Shown one piece after another: positions 8,835 to 17,494 of a stretch of 32,000 bases of DNA. The notes beneath the pieces were generated by a model. The model made no database searches. It was not told the origin of the DNA and saw only the letters and a program-made list of their open reading frames with translations. Within the stretch, counting starts at the first letter, position 1. Every line of letters begins with the position of its first letter. Source of the stretch: Candidatus Atelocyanobacterium thalassa isolate ALOHA (GTDB lineage: Bacteria; Cyanobacteriota; Cyanobacteriia; Cyanobacteriales; Microcystaceae); NCBI RefSeq assembly GCF_000025125.1, contig NC_013771.1:1380001-1412000 (forward strand), read 5' to 3'. Both the position numbers and the translations under genes were made by a program.

Positions 8835-9596
8835 ATGGAAACCAAACAAGACAGATTGAACTTAATTACTAACGTTACTGGAGAACCTTATCAACCAGTT
8901 AGGCTTTATTACAACATATCTAATAAAGAATCAGTTTTAAATATTTTTCGTAAGTTACAATGCCTAGAATTTCATTCTCCAAGTGATCGTTGGTATTGGT
9001 TTTATTCCGAAGAAGCAAAAAAAATAAGATTTGAAAAATCTTACAATAAAATTTCTAAAGAAAATGGCAATATTTCTTTGGGATATTTTATTTTTCTTGA
9101 TAATGAGAAAATGATTTTGGAAGTTCGTTCTTTCGAACGAGTACTAGCAGCAATAAGTTTTTTTAAAACTAGGCTTAATTGGCGTATTGCAGAACCAGTG
9201 AAATTACGCCTAGTCAACAAATTATCTAGTTGTTCAGTTGACGAGAATCCGAAGCCTCCTAGTTCTTTTGCCGATTTTTTTGATCAAGATAATAATGTTG
9301 TTGTACACGACCCTGAAGGTTTAACAAAAGAAATAGAACTTATAAGCAGTCAATATGCGACTGAAATAGAGAAGAACGAAGCAATAACTAGCTATATGGA
9401 AAATAAATCTAAATATCCTCTATCTGAAATTGAAGAAATTCCCGTTAATATTCATGGTCATGGATTATCAATTTTGGAAATGGCATTAAAAATGAGACAA
9501 ATTGAAGCTTGGGAGCATTGGGAAGGAAATAAAAGTTTTACTCAGTATGATTTAATCCAAAAAATACTAAAACATGTTCCGGAACATACTTCTTGA
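8835..9596 (+). CDS. Hypothetical protein
   Basis: 253-aa ORF, long for this AT-rich background. It is soluble and rich in charged residues, and I recognise no motif. Confidence 0.55.
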   Translation: METKQDRLNLITNVTGEPYQPVRLYYNISNKESVLNIFRKLQCLEFHSPSDRWYWFYSEEAKKIRFEKSYNKISKENGNISLGYFIFLDNEKMILEVRSFERVLAAISFFKTRLNWRIAEPVKLRLVNKLSSCSVDENPKPPSSFADFFDQDNNVVVHDPEGLTKEIELISSQYATEIEKNEAITSYMENKSKYPLSEIEEIPVNIHGHGLSILEMALKMRQIEAWEHWEGNKSFTQYDLIQKILKHVPEHTS

Positions 9597-9662
9597 AAAA
9601 TGATAAAAAATTAATGTTTCATTATTATTTTGTTTAATACCAAATTGTAAAAATTATAGTTT

Positions 9663-11015
9663 ATGTATATGAATCAACAGAATAATAATCTTATAAAACT
9701 AAATATAGTTGATATAAATAACGATGGAGAGGGAGTAGGCAAGTTCGAAGGAAAAACTATTTTTGTCCCTAATACAGTTACTGGAGATGTTGTTTTAGTA
9801 CAACTAAATTTTATTAAACAAAAATACGCGTACGGAAAAATAAAAAAAATTATTCACTCTTCTCCCTACAGAATTCGTCCAAGTTGCATTGTTGCAGATA
9901 AATGTGGTGGTTGCCAGTGGCAACATATATCTCCTGAATATCAGCTTTATATTAAACAAAATAAAATTATTCAATCTCTACAAAGAATAGGCAGATTTAA
10001 AGATGTCTTCGTTTTACCAATTTTGTCATCTTCACAAATATTTGGTTATCGAAACAAAGCTACTTATCCTTTAGGCTACTCAAAATTTGGAAATGTAAAT
10101 GCAGGATATTATCAGCGTTATAGTCATAAACTAATCAACCTTAACCAATGCCCAATACAGGATTCTCGTTTAAACTCTTTTCTGGCTGAGATTAAAGTAG
10201 ACATAGAAAAGCAAGGATGGAGTATTTACAATGAGAAAACTTATCAAGGACATCTGCGTCATCTAGCTTTGCGTATTGGTCAAAACAGTGGCGAAGTTTT
10301 GCTAACTCTCATTAGTACCACTGGTAATATTACGAAAATTAAAGAACAAGCAAAATTGTGGTTAGAAAGATATCCAAACTTAGTTGGAGTTTTAGTCAAT
10401 AAAAATTCTGAAAAAAATAATAAAATTTTTGGGAATCAAACTTTTAGTATTGTTGGAAAACCTTTCTTAAAAGAAAGGTTTTTCAACATTGATTTTAAAT
10501 TAAGACCTGATACTTTTTTTCAAGTTAACGCTCAAAGTGCAGAGACATTATTACATTCTTTATTAGATAACCTAATACTAACTGGCAAAGAAAAAATAGT
10601 TGATGCTTACTGTGGAATTGGTACCTTCACCTTGCCTCTCGCGAAAAGAATTAGCCACGCTATTGGAATCGAAATTAGTCATGATTCTATCGAACAAGCC
10701 AAAGCTAATGCTGAATTAAATAACATAAACAATGTAGAGTTTTATCAAGGTGCAGTGAAAGATATATTGCCCACATTAAATATTTTTCCTGATATTGTTT
10801 TACTAGACCCTCCACGAAAAGGTTGCGATGATAGTGTTATAGAAACATTAAGAGAAATTTGTCCCCCTTTGATAATTTATATAAGTTGTCAGCCTTCAAC
10901 ACTAGCTCGTGATTTGAAGAAGATATGTTATCAGAATTTATATAAAATCTTATGGGTCCAGCCAGTTGACTTTTTTCCCTCAGACATCTCATCTAGAGTC
11001 AATTGTAGCAATTAG
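9663..11015 (+). CDS. 23S rRNA (uracil-5-)-methyltransferase, RumA/RlmD family; the 3' end is frameshifted as sequenced (the corrected frame would end at 11028)
   Basis: An N-terminal TRAM-like domain is followed by the Fe-S Cys cluster CIVADKCGGCQWQH plus NQCP. The SAM motif is VDAYCGIGTFTLPLA, with LDPPRKG and the catalytic Cys motif ISCQPSTLARD. The family C-terminal motif DxFPxTxHxE appears only in the +1 frame after the T6 run at 10971-10976. Confidence 0.85.
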   Translation: MYMNQQNNNLIKLNIVDINNDGEGVGKFEGKTIFVPNTVTGDVVLVQLNFIKQKYAYGKIKKIIHSSPYRIRPSCIVADKCGGCQWQHISPEYQLYIKQNKIIQSLQRIGRFKDVFVLPILSSSQIFGYRNKATYPLGYSKFGNVNAGYYQRYSHKLINLNQCPIQDSRLNSFLAEIKVDIEKQGWSIYNEKTYQGHLRHLALRIGQNSGEVLLTLISTTGNITKIKEQAKLWLERYPNLVGVLVNKNSEKNNKIFGNQTFSIVGKPFLKERFFNIDFKLRPDTFFQVNAQSAETLLHSLLDNLILTGKEKIVDAYCGIGTFTLPLAKRISHAIGIEISHDSIEQAKANAELNNINNVEFYQGAVKDILPTLNIFPDIVLLDPPRKGCDDSVIETLREICPPLIIYISCQPSTLARDLKKICYQNLYKILWVQPVDFFPSDISSRVNCSN

Positions 11016-11208
11016 ACGTATAATTTAATATGGTGTTACATTAAACAAAATTAGCTAAATAATATTTCTCATTGATAACAATTTATTATTAGATTTATTG
11101 CTCGAAAAATTAGTAAAATGAAGTTAGATAAAGTAAGTAACTATTGAGAGAGAATTACAATTAGTTAAAGGTTAGATTCGTAATATATTATTTAAGAGGT
11201 AACAGTAC

Positions 11209-11700
11209 ATGGTTGCTATTTCCCTACCATCAATAAAGCGATATAGCCGTACGATGACTTTTACATCAACATTATATTTATTTCCAGTTCTTGATTTGTT
11301 GTTAACTGAAGTCCCGGATGAATTGAAACCAGAAATAAGGCTAGGTTTGCAAGAAGCACTTGTTAATGCTGCAAAACATGGAAATAAACTGGATCCATCA
11401 AAATCTATTATTGTTCAATTTTTTGTTAACGACAACGATGGATATTCGTGGATCATATCTGATCAAGGAGTAGGATTTACCTCTTGTAATAATCATAAAA
11501 ATCCTACCAAGAAAAAATTTCCTCCTGATGATTCTGAAAATGGTAGAGGTTTTTATGTACTGAATGAAATTTTTGATCATGTCTATTGGGATCAAAAGAG
11601 AACTCAGCTAAAATTGTCTAAACAAGTTAAAAAAGTCAAAATAACGATTTTCTCTTTTTTGACGTTATTTCTAAGTAGCTTCAAGTCGAAAATTTATTAA
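11209..11700 (+). CDS. RsbW-like anti-sigma factor / serine protein kinase (HATPase_c fold)
   Basis: 163 aa. The N-box is EALVNAAKHGN, the G1 box is DQGVGF and the G2-like box is GRGFYVLNEIF. A GAGG Shine-Dalgarno-like sequence lies upstream of the ATG. Confidence 0.7.
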   Translation: MVAISLPSIKRYSRTMTFTSTLYLFPVLDLLLTEVPDELKPEIRLGLQEALVNAAKHGNKLDPSKSIIVQFFVNDNDGYSWIISDQGVGFTSCNNHKNPTKKKFPPDDSENGRGFYVLNEIFDHVYWDQKRTQLKLSKQVKKVKITIFSFLTLFLSSFKSKIY

Positions 11701-11892
11701 CTTAGCTTCAAAAATATACAACTATTAATATAAATAAACAATATGCAATCTATATTGAAGATTAAATTTTTATAATCCAATGTTTATTAATTAATATTTA
11801 AGAATAAATTATCTAAAAATCAATCTTAATTCATTATATTCATACGTTACAATAAAATGATATTAAATTTAAAGATAAATAAAACTAGTTAA

Positions 11893-12882
11893 GTGGCAAA
11901 GATATTAGTAACAGGAGCGGCTGGTTTCATTGGATTTCATTTAAGTCAATATCTCTTAAAAAATAATAATACTATTATTGGTATTGATAACTTAAATTCT
12001 TATTATGAAATTTCACTTAAAAAAGCGCGTCTCGATCAACTTAAAACTGAAAAAAAATTTACTTTTTGTCTAGTAGACATAGCTGATCAAAAGCATATTT
12101 CTCAAATATTTACTGAACATCAATTTGATTATGTAATTCATTTAGCTGCTCAAGCTGGTGTCCGTTATTCTATAGAAAACCCATATACTTATGTAGATAG
12201 TAATTTAACTGGTTTTATTAATATTCTAGAAGGATGTCGTCATGGGAATATTAAGCATTTAGTATATGCATCATCCAGTTCTGTATATGGAGCAAATAAA
12301 AAAATTCCTTTTTCCATTTCAGATAATGTCGATCACCCCTTAAGCTTATACGCAGCCACAAAAAAGGCTAATGAATTGATGGCATATACATATAGTCATC
12401 TATATAATATTCCTACAACAGGGCTACGTTTTTTCACAGTTTATGGTCCTTGGGGAAGACCAGATATGGCGTACTTTTTATTTACAAAATCAATACTGTC
12501 AGGTCAACCTATCAATGTTTTCAATCAAGGCAATATGAAGAGAGATTTCACATATATTGAAGACATTGTTGAAGGAATTGCAAAAGTTATAGATAGGATT
12601 CCTATGAGTTCTAAAACTAATGGATTAGAATCGCAAGTACCTCATAAACTTTATAATATTGGTAATAATAAACCAGTCAATCTTGAATACTTTATTGAAG
12701 TACTAGAAGAATGCTTAGGATGTAAGGCCGTTAAGAACTACTTGCCAATGCAGCCAGGAGACGTACCGATAACTTATGCAGATATAGATGATTTAGAAAA
12801 GGATATAGGATTTAAACCTAATACTGACTTAAGAGTGGGTTTAGAAAAATTTGTAAGTTGGTATCAGGAATATTATATGTAA
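11893..12882 (+). CDS. NAD-dependent nucleotide-sugar epimerase (UDP-glucuronate 4-epimerase-like, SDR family)
   Basis: 329 aa. The Rossmann motif is VTGAAGFIGFH and the catalytic motif is YAATKKANE (YxxxK), with an SSSSVYG serine region. The start codon is GTG with no nearby in-frame ATG. Confidence 0.85.
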   Translation: MAKILVTGAAGFIGFHLSQYLLKNNNTIIGIDNLNSYYEISLKKARLDQLKTEKKFTFCLVDIADQKHISQIFTEHQFDYVIHLAAQAGVRYSIENPYTYVDSNLTGFINILEGCRHGNIKHLVYASSSSVYGANKKIPFSISDNVDHPLSLYAATKKANELMAYTYSHLYNIPTTGLRFFTVYGPWGRPDMAYFLFTKSILSGQPINVFNQGNMKRDFTYIEDIVEGIAKVIDRIPMSSKTNGLESQVPHKLYNIGNNKPVNLEYFIEVLEECLGCKAVKNYLPMQPGDVPITYADIDDLEKDIGFKPNTDLRVGLEKFVSWYQEYYM

Positions 12883-12886
12883 ATAA

Positions 12887-13909
12887 TTAATGGTATTTAA
12901 AATATTGATAAATAGTTTTAGAAAAATTTTGAATTAATTCTCTACCAGCAGGATCATCATAATCTCTTTCTACAAAAATTGCTCCAATATAACGTCTCCC
13001 TGTAGGCATATCAATGATACCTGCATCTGCGATAATAGTACCAATGTCTCCAGTTTTATGAGCAATACTTGCATTTCTTTCTAATCCTTTTGGCAATAAA
13101 GTTTTTGTTTTTGTCTCTCTCATAATATTCAAAAAGCGATCACGCGATCTTAAGCTAATTAGATTTCCTTTTTCTATTTTTAACAAGAGTTTAGCTAAAT
13201 CTTCAGGACTAGTTCTATTTGTACCATCTAAATCTGGCAAAGAATTATTAATAACTGTTTGCCTCATTCCCCACTTTTTAAAACGTTCATTTAGAAACAA
13301 TTTTCCACCGATTTGTCTTATTAGTAACTCAGTAGCTGTATTATCACTAATAATAATCATTTTTCTGGCGATTTCCAAAGCAGTGAATTGTTTTCCTGTC
13401 TCCATATATTGCATATTCCCTGAACCACCAACAATTATCTCTTTATCCATAGTGATCATTTGATCAAGAGATATATCTCCGGCATCAACCTTTTCAAAAA
13501 AAGCTACTAAGATAGGAATTTTAATAGTACTAGCTGCAGCTATGGATTTAGTACCATTAAAATTTACATAGGTATTACTATCTAGGTCAAGAAACCATGC
13601 TTTAGGCTCAACATTTGGGTATTTTGTATTAATACTTTCTAATTGCTTTTTAAGATTGATCAACTCTCTTGCAGCAAATTTTTTAGTGTCACTATTAAGG
13701 AACTTTTCACGAAAAAGTAAATTATTATTGAAATATGTTGTCGAATAAGAAGAGGTTCTATATTTAGAATTTAAAACAGGAAGTATCACACCTGTAGTTA
13801 TTACAATACCTACCCCTATAATACTAAAGCGTATAGCGTATATAGCAATTTTGCTTAATTCTTTGAAAGAAATTTTTGTAAGTAATTTACGGTATTTTAA
13901 ATTATTCAT
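12887..13909 (-). CDS. Membrane-anchored class A beta-lactamase-like serine hydrolase
   Basis: 340 aa with an N-terminal TM anchor. It carries an SxxK motif (ASTIKI), an SDN motif (ISDNTA) and a KTG motif (HKTGDIG). It converges on the epimerase gene with only a 4-nt gap. Confidence 0.75.
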   Translation of the reverse strand: MNNLKYRKLLTKISFKELSKIAIYAIRFSIIGVGIVITTGVILPVLNSKYRTSSYSTTYFNNNLLFREKFLNSDTKKFAARELINLKKQLESINTKYPNVEPKAWFLDLDSNTYVNFNGTKSIAAASTIKIPILVAFFEKVDAGDISLDQMITMDKEIIVGGSGNMQYMETGKQFTALEIARKMIIISDNTATELLIRQIGGKLFLNERFKKWGMRQTVINNSLPDLDGTNRTSPEDLAKLLLKIEKGNLISLRSRDRFLNIMRETKTKTLLPKGLERNASIAHKTGDIGTIIADAGIIDMPTGRRYIGAIFVERDYDDPAGRELIQNFSKTIYQYFKYH

Positions 13910-14274
13910 AAAAACTTTTTTAGCTTGTAACTTAATAAAATAATTATATTCGTATTCAGTTAAGTCATTAAATTAAAATCTATAAGTTGTTTAATTTAAG
14001 TTAAAAATCTTATATATTTAAGAAACTTATATTAAATAATTTAAAATTTTATAAAGAACTAATTTTCAACTCACATAAGCAAAATTTAAGACTTGTATAG
14101 ATTAATTACTAGTATGATTTTTAAATTTAACATTAGCAATGTAGCCTAATTATAGCGTCGCTTATTAAAAATAAATGAGTTAAGCGTTAACTAAAAATTA
14201 CTTAGATCAAAAAATAAAATATATTTAATTATTATATTAAAAACACAAACATTAATTGAATAAATATGATTGAA

Positions 14275-14293
14275 GCCCATATTGAAAATGGGC
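14275..14293 (-). terminator. Candidate ndk terminator hairpin
   Basis: GCCCAT-ATTGAAA-ATGGGC forms a 6-bp GC-containing stem about 50-70 nt downstream of the ndk stop. It is preceded on the transcript by the 15-bp palindrome CCAATTATTAATTGG (14294-14308). The U-tract is weak. Confidence 0.35.
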
Positions 14294-14342
14294 CCAATTA
14301 TTAATTGGTTAATTTTAAATTAAAAACTAAACACAAAAATCT

Positions 14343-14792
14343 TTACTCACATAACCAACTCTTTAATGTGGGTTCCCAACTAATTAACTCTTGTTCATTA
14401 AACCAGAGATTTATTTCCCCTTTAGCAGTTTCAATAGCATCAGAACCGTGAATTAAATTACGGCCCACATTTATACCAAAGTCTCCACGAATAGTTCCTG
14501 AATCAGCTTCTAATGGATTCGTGGCTCCAATTATTTTTCTGGAAGATGCGACGACCCCTTCACCTTCCCATACCATCGCCACAACAGGAGAAGAGCATAT
14601 GAATTGAACTAAGTCTTTAAAAAAAGGACGCTCTTTATGAATACCATAATGCTCCTCTGCTAGTTCTTTATTAACTGACATTAATTTTAATCCTAGCAAA
14701 GTGAATCCTTTAAGTTCAAAACGACTTATGATTTCGCTGACTAATTTTCTCTGTACACCATCAGGTTTGATCATAATAAATGTACGTTCCAT
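14343..14792 (-). CDS. ndk: Nucleoside diphosphate kinase
   Basis: 149 aa. The N-terminus is [15 protein letters not shown] and the active-site His motif is NLIHGSD. Confidence 0.97.
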   Translation of the reverse strand: MERTFIMIKPDGVQRKLVSEIISRFELKGFTLLGLKLMSVNKELAEEHYGIHKERPFFKDLVQFICSSPVVAMVWEGEGVVASSRKIIGATNPLEADSGTIRGDFGINVGRNLIHGSDAIETAKGEINLWFNEQELISWEPTLKSWLCE

Positions 14793-15177
14793 TCAGTTAC
14801 TCCTTTAAATCAAATAAAAATAATAATTGTTCCTTAAAATTCTATAGTAATATCTAAATATTTAGGTAGTTTTTATATAAATAATAATTTTTTTAAAATT
14901 TCATAATTAATTGAATCTGTTAATTTTATTCGATAGTAACCATATCAAAATACTGTATAAATAAAAAACTATTTTGCACATCATTATATAGTCTTTAAAA
15001 TTGTAAAATCAGTAACTATAAAGCGAGTTTTTGATTTTTCACAAGAAGAGATGAGTACAATTCAATATTGAGAAGATCTAGTCAAAATATTTAATTTTTA
15101 AGTGAATCTATAAAATTAAATATCTCTCTCTTCGCATATATGGTGATAATATTTATAATTCTATCAATTATCTAACA

Positions 15178-16467
15178 ATGCTTAAGTCTTTCAAGTTAAA
15201 TATAGTTATATTTTTTGGATTATGTGGACTAATTGTGAGCGGGATTACTGGTTGCAGTTATAACAATGTTCCTGCGACTGACAAAAAACTAGAATTTTGG
15301 ACAATGCAATTAGAACCCAAGTTTACTTCATATATTACTAATCTAATTGAAGAATTTGAAGAAAATCATGAAAATGTAACCATTCATTGGACTGATATTC
15401 CTTGGGAGGTAATGGAAAATAAAATCTTAACAGCAGTCCTTTCAAATACTACTCCAGATATAGTTAATCTTAATTCTAGCTTCGCTGCAAAATTAGCTAA
15501 CCGTAATGTCTGGCTAGATTTTAATCAATATATTCCTCAAAAAATTAAGAAAAGTTATCTTCCAAATATTCAAAATTCTAGTAGTATAGATAATTCTATT
15601 TTCGGATTACCATGGTATTTAACTACTCAAATTACTTTATATAATAGAAATTTATTTGAAAAATCTGGTTTAACTAGCCCACCAAAAACTTTTAATGACT
15701 TAGTAAATGTTGCAATTAAAATAAAAAAAGAAACTGGAAAATATGCTACTTTTTTTACTTTTGTACCTGGAGATTCTGGAGAAGTTTTAGAGTCCTTAAT
15801 TAAGATGGGAGTTACATTAATTGATGACGAGGGAAAGGCAGGATTTAATACACCTGAAGGGGTAAAAGCTTTTCAGTACTGGGTTTTTTTGTATAAAGAA
15901 GGTTTGCTGCCTCCAGAAGTTTTAACACAAGGACATAGACATGCTCTTGATCTATATCAGTCTGGAGAAATCGCATTAATATCAACGGGTGTAGAGTCAT
16001 TTTCAATGATTCAAAAGAATGCTCCAACTATTGCAGCAATCTCTGGTTCTGCTCCACAGATTACTGGTAGTACTGGAAAGAAAAATGTTGCGGTCATGAA
16101 TCTATTTATTCCTCAAAGTACTAAAAAAGTAAAAGAAGCAATAAGATTTGCAGAATTTGTAACTAATACTAATAACCAATTAGTCTTTGCAAGGCAGGCT
16201 AATGTTTTGCCTTCAACTATAGATGGGATTAAAGCTTATACATCTGAACAAAAAAAATTACAATCTTCGACTCCTTTGTCTGATGCGATTACTATCAGTG
16301 CAAATCAACTAAAAAATACAGAAACATTAATACCTATACAAAAAAATATGAATCAATTGCAGAAAATTATTTATGAGCATTTACAATATGCGATGTTAGG
16401 AAAAAAATCTGTTAAGCAGTCTTTGTCTGATGCCGCCGAGGATTGGAATAACTTTATTGTCAAATAA
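15178..16467 (+). CDS. ABC transporter extracellular solute-binding lipoprotein (family 1, sugar/oligosaccharide type)
   Basis: 429 aa. A signal peptide with a lipobox (SGITGC) is followed by a sequence organisation typical of family-1 binding proteins (LEFWTM..., LPWYLTTQ). No permease or ATPase gene is adjacent. Confidence 0.8.
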   Translation: MLKSFKLNIVIFFGLCGLIVSGITGCSYNNVPATDKKLEFWTMQLEPKFTSYITNLIEEFEENHENVTIHWTDIPWEVMENKILTAVLSNTTPDIVNLNSSFAAKLANRNVWLDFNQYIPQKIKKSYLPNIQNSSSIDNSIFGLPWYLTTQITLYNRNLFEKSGLTSPPKTFNDLVNVAIKIKKETGKYATFFTFVPGDSGEVLESLIKMGVTLIDDEGKAGFNTPEGVKAFQYWVFLYKEGLLPPEVLTQGHRHALDLYQSGEIALISTGVESFSMIQKNAPTIAAISGSAPQITGSTGKKNVAVMNLFIPQSTKKVKEAIRFAEFVTNTNNQLVFARQANVLPSTIDGIKAYTSEQKKLQSSTPLSDAITISANQLKNTETLIPIQKNMNQLQKIIYEHLQYAMLGKKSVKQSLSDAAEDWNNFIVK

Positions 16468-16573
16468 ACAATAAGAAATCATGGCAGAAAATAATTAATT
16501 TCAGCTTGCGAAATAAACAATTATTTTTTTGCTTAATATTGTACACATATGTCAAATATGGATGATTATCATT

Positions 16574-16579
16574 TATAAT
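16574..16579 (+). promoter_or_regulatory. Candidate -10 box (TATAAT) for the tRNA gene
   Basis: A perfect TATAAT lies 14 nt upstream of the tRNA 5' end. The -35 region at 17-nt spacing is poor (GTCAAA). Confidence 0.3.
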
Positions 16580-16593
16580 GTGATGTTAATAAT

Positions 16594-16922
16594 GGGGCTA
16601 TAGCTCAGTTGGATAGAGCAAGCGCCTCCTGAAGTTCGGGCATTCTGATTGGAAACATCAGACATGAATGTGGTCAAATTCAAGGAAACCTAAGTTCTTA
16701 TTGGGATAAGGCAATCTTGAGCCAAGCTCTAAACCCCTTTTTAGAGAAGGTGCAGAGACTGGTTATCAGCATTTAGGGAAAAGTTTTAATTTAAAAAGCT
16801 GATAGCATTACGGCCACCACCTAAGGATAAATACTATCTAGGGTGAAGGGATAGTCCAGAGAGTAAGGAAACTTACACAAATCTGAAGCGCTAGGTCGCT
16901 GGTTCGAATCCAGCTAGTCCCG
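16594..16922 (+). tRNA. tRNA-Arg(CCU), split by a group I intron between positions 36 and 37 (exon 1 16594-16630, exon 2 16886-16922)
   Basis: The cloverleaf was folded by hand. The acceptor stem is GGGGCTA/TAGTCCC and the D arm is GCTC-AGTTGGATA-GAGC, with A20. The anticodon stem is AGCGC/GCGCT with loop CU-CCU-AA after splicing. The T arm is GCTGG-TTCGAAT-CCAGC and the discriminator is G. CCA is not encoded. Confidence 0.9.
16631..16885 (+). ncRNA. Group I self-splicing intron (IC3-like, Azoarcus-type core), 255 nt, no ORF
   Basis: U precedes the 5' splice site and the intron ends in G. Core strings resemble the Azoarcus tRNA-Ile intron: GTCAAATTCAAGGAAACCTAAG, GAGCCAAGC, GAAGGTGCAGAGACT and CCACCACCTAAGGATAAATACTATC. 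A P2-like hairpin pairs 16644-16649 with 16657-16662, and an extended P8-like hairpin pairs 16762-16770 with 16798-16806. A GAAA-tetraloop hairpin, GTAAG-GAAA-CTTAC, lies at 16863-16876. Confidence 0.88.
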
Positions 16923-17035
16923 CTAATATATTATAAGTTCATAATCTCACATAGCTGAATATGTAACTTATTATTTTTTATTTATTTCGTAAAATTAAAA
17001 AAATAACTTAACTTATTTTAGGATCTACTTATAGA

Positions 17036-17494
17036 ATGACTTGTTTGTACAATAGGCCTTACTTTTGTTTATTAAAAATTAGCTTGTTTTCATTTCTATA
17101 TTTGACAAATTCTGTTTATGCTCAAGGAAAACAGCGTATTTATAATCCTATCCCATTAGAATATCATTCAGAAATGTATGATCGTCTGTCTGACCAAGAT
17201 ATTCCTACAGGAGAAGGGGGTTTTGCTAAAGACTACTGGGTAAAGCTTGATAAAGGAGATCAGGTAGCAGTTGATCTTATGTCTGATGAATTCGATAGTG
17301 TTGTATTGTTACTTGGGTCTGATGGGACAACAATAGCAGAAAATGATGACGGTCCTGATGGTAGTACTAATTCTCTTCTATTTTCTCGTATCACAGAAAG
17401 TGGTAGATATATTATTCGTGTTCATGCCTTTGGAGAAACAGGAGGAGGAAACTTTAGATTAAAAGTTACGAGGCTACGTCCTGTTAACCACTAA
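17036..17494 (+). CDS. Small secreted protein with a pre-peptidase C-terminal (PPC)-like domain
   Basis: 152 aa. A signal peptide ends in VYA-QG. The mature sequence follows the PPC-like pattern L..D....G.FAKDYWVKLDKGDQVAVDLMSDEFDSVVLLLGSDGTTIAENDD...GRYIIRV...GNFRLKV. Confidence 0.65.
   Translation: MTCLYNRPYFCLLKISLFSFLYLTNSVYAQGKQRIYNPIPLEYHSEMYDRLSDQDIPTGEGGFAKDYWVKLDKGDQVAVDLMSDEFDSVVLLLGSDGTTIAENDDGPDGSTNSLLFSRITESGRYIIRVHAFGETGGGNFRLKVTRLRPVNH

Noticed and set aside
16631-16885. A homing endonuclease or other ORF inside the group I intron.
   Set aside because: The intron is only 255 nt with stops in all frames, and the extra length is accounted for by P8 and P9 extensions. It is therefore not an actively mobile intron by that criterion.
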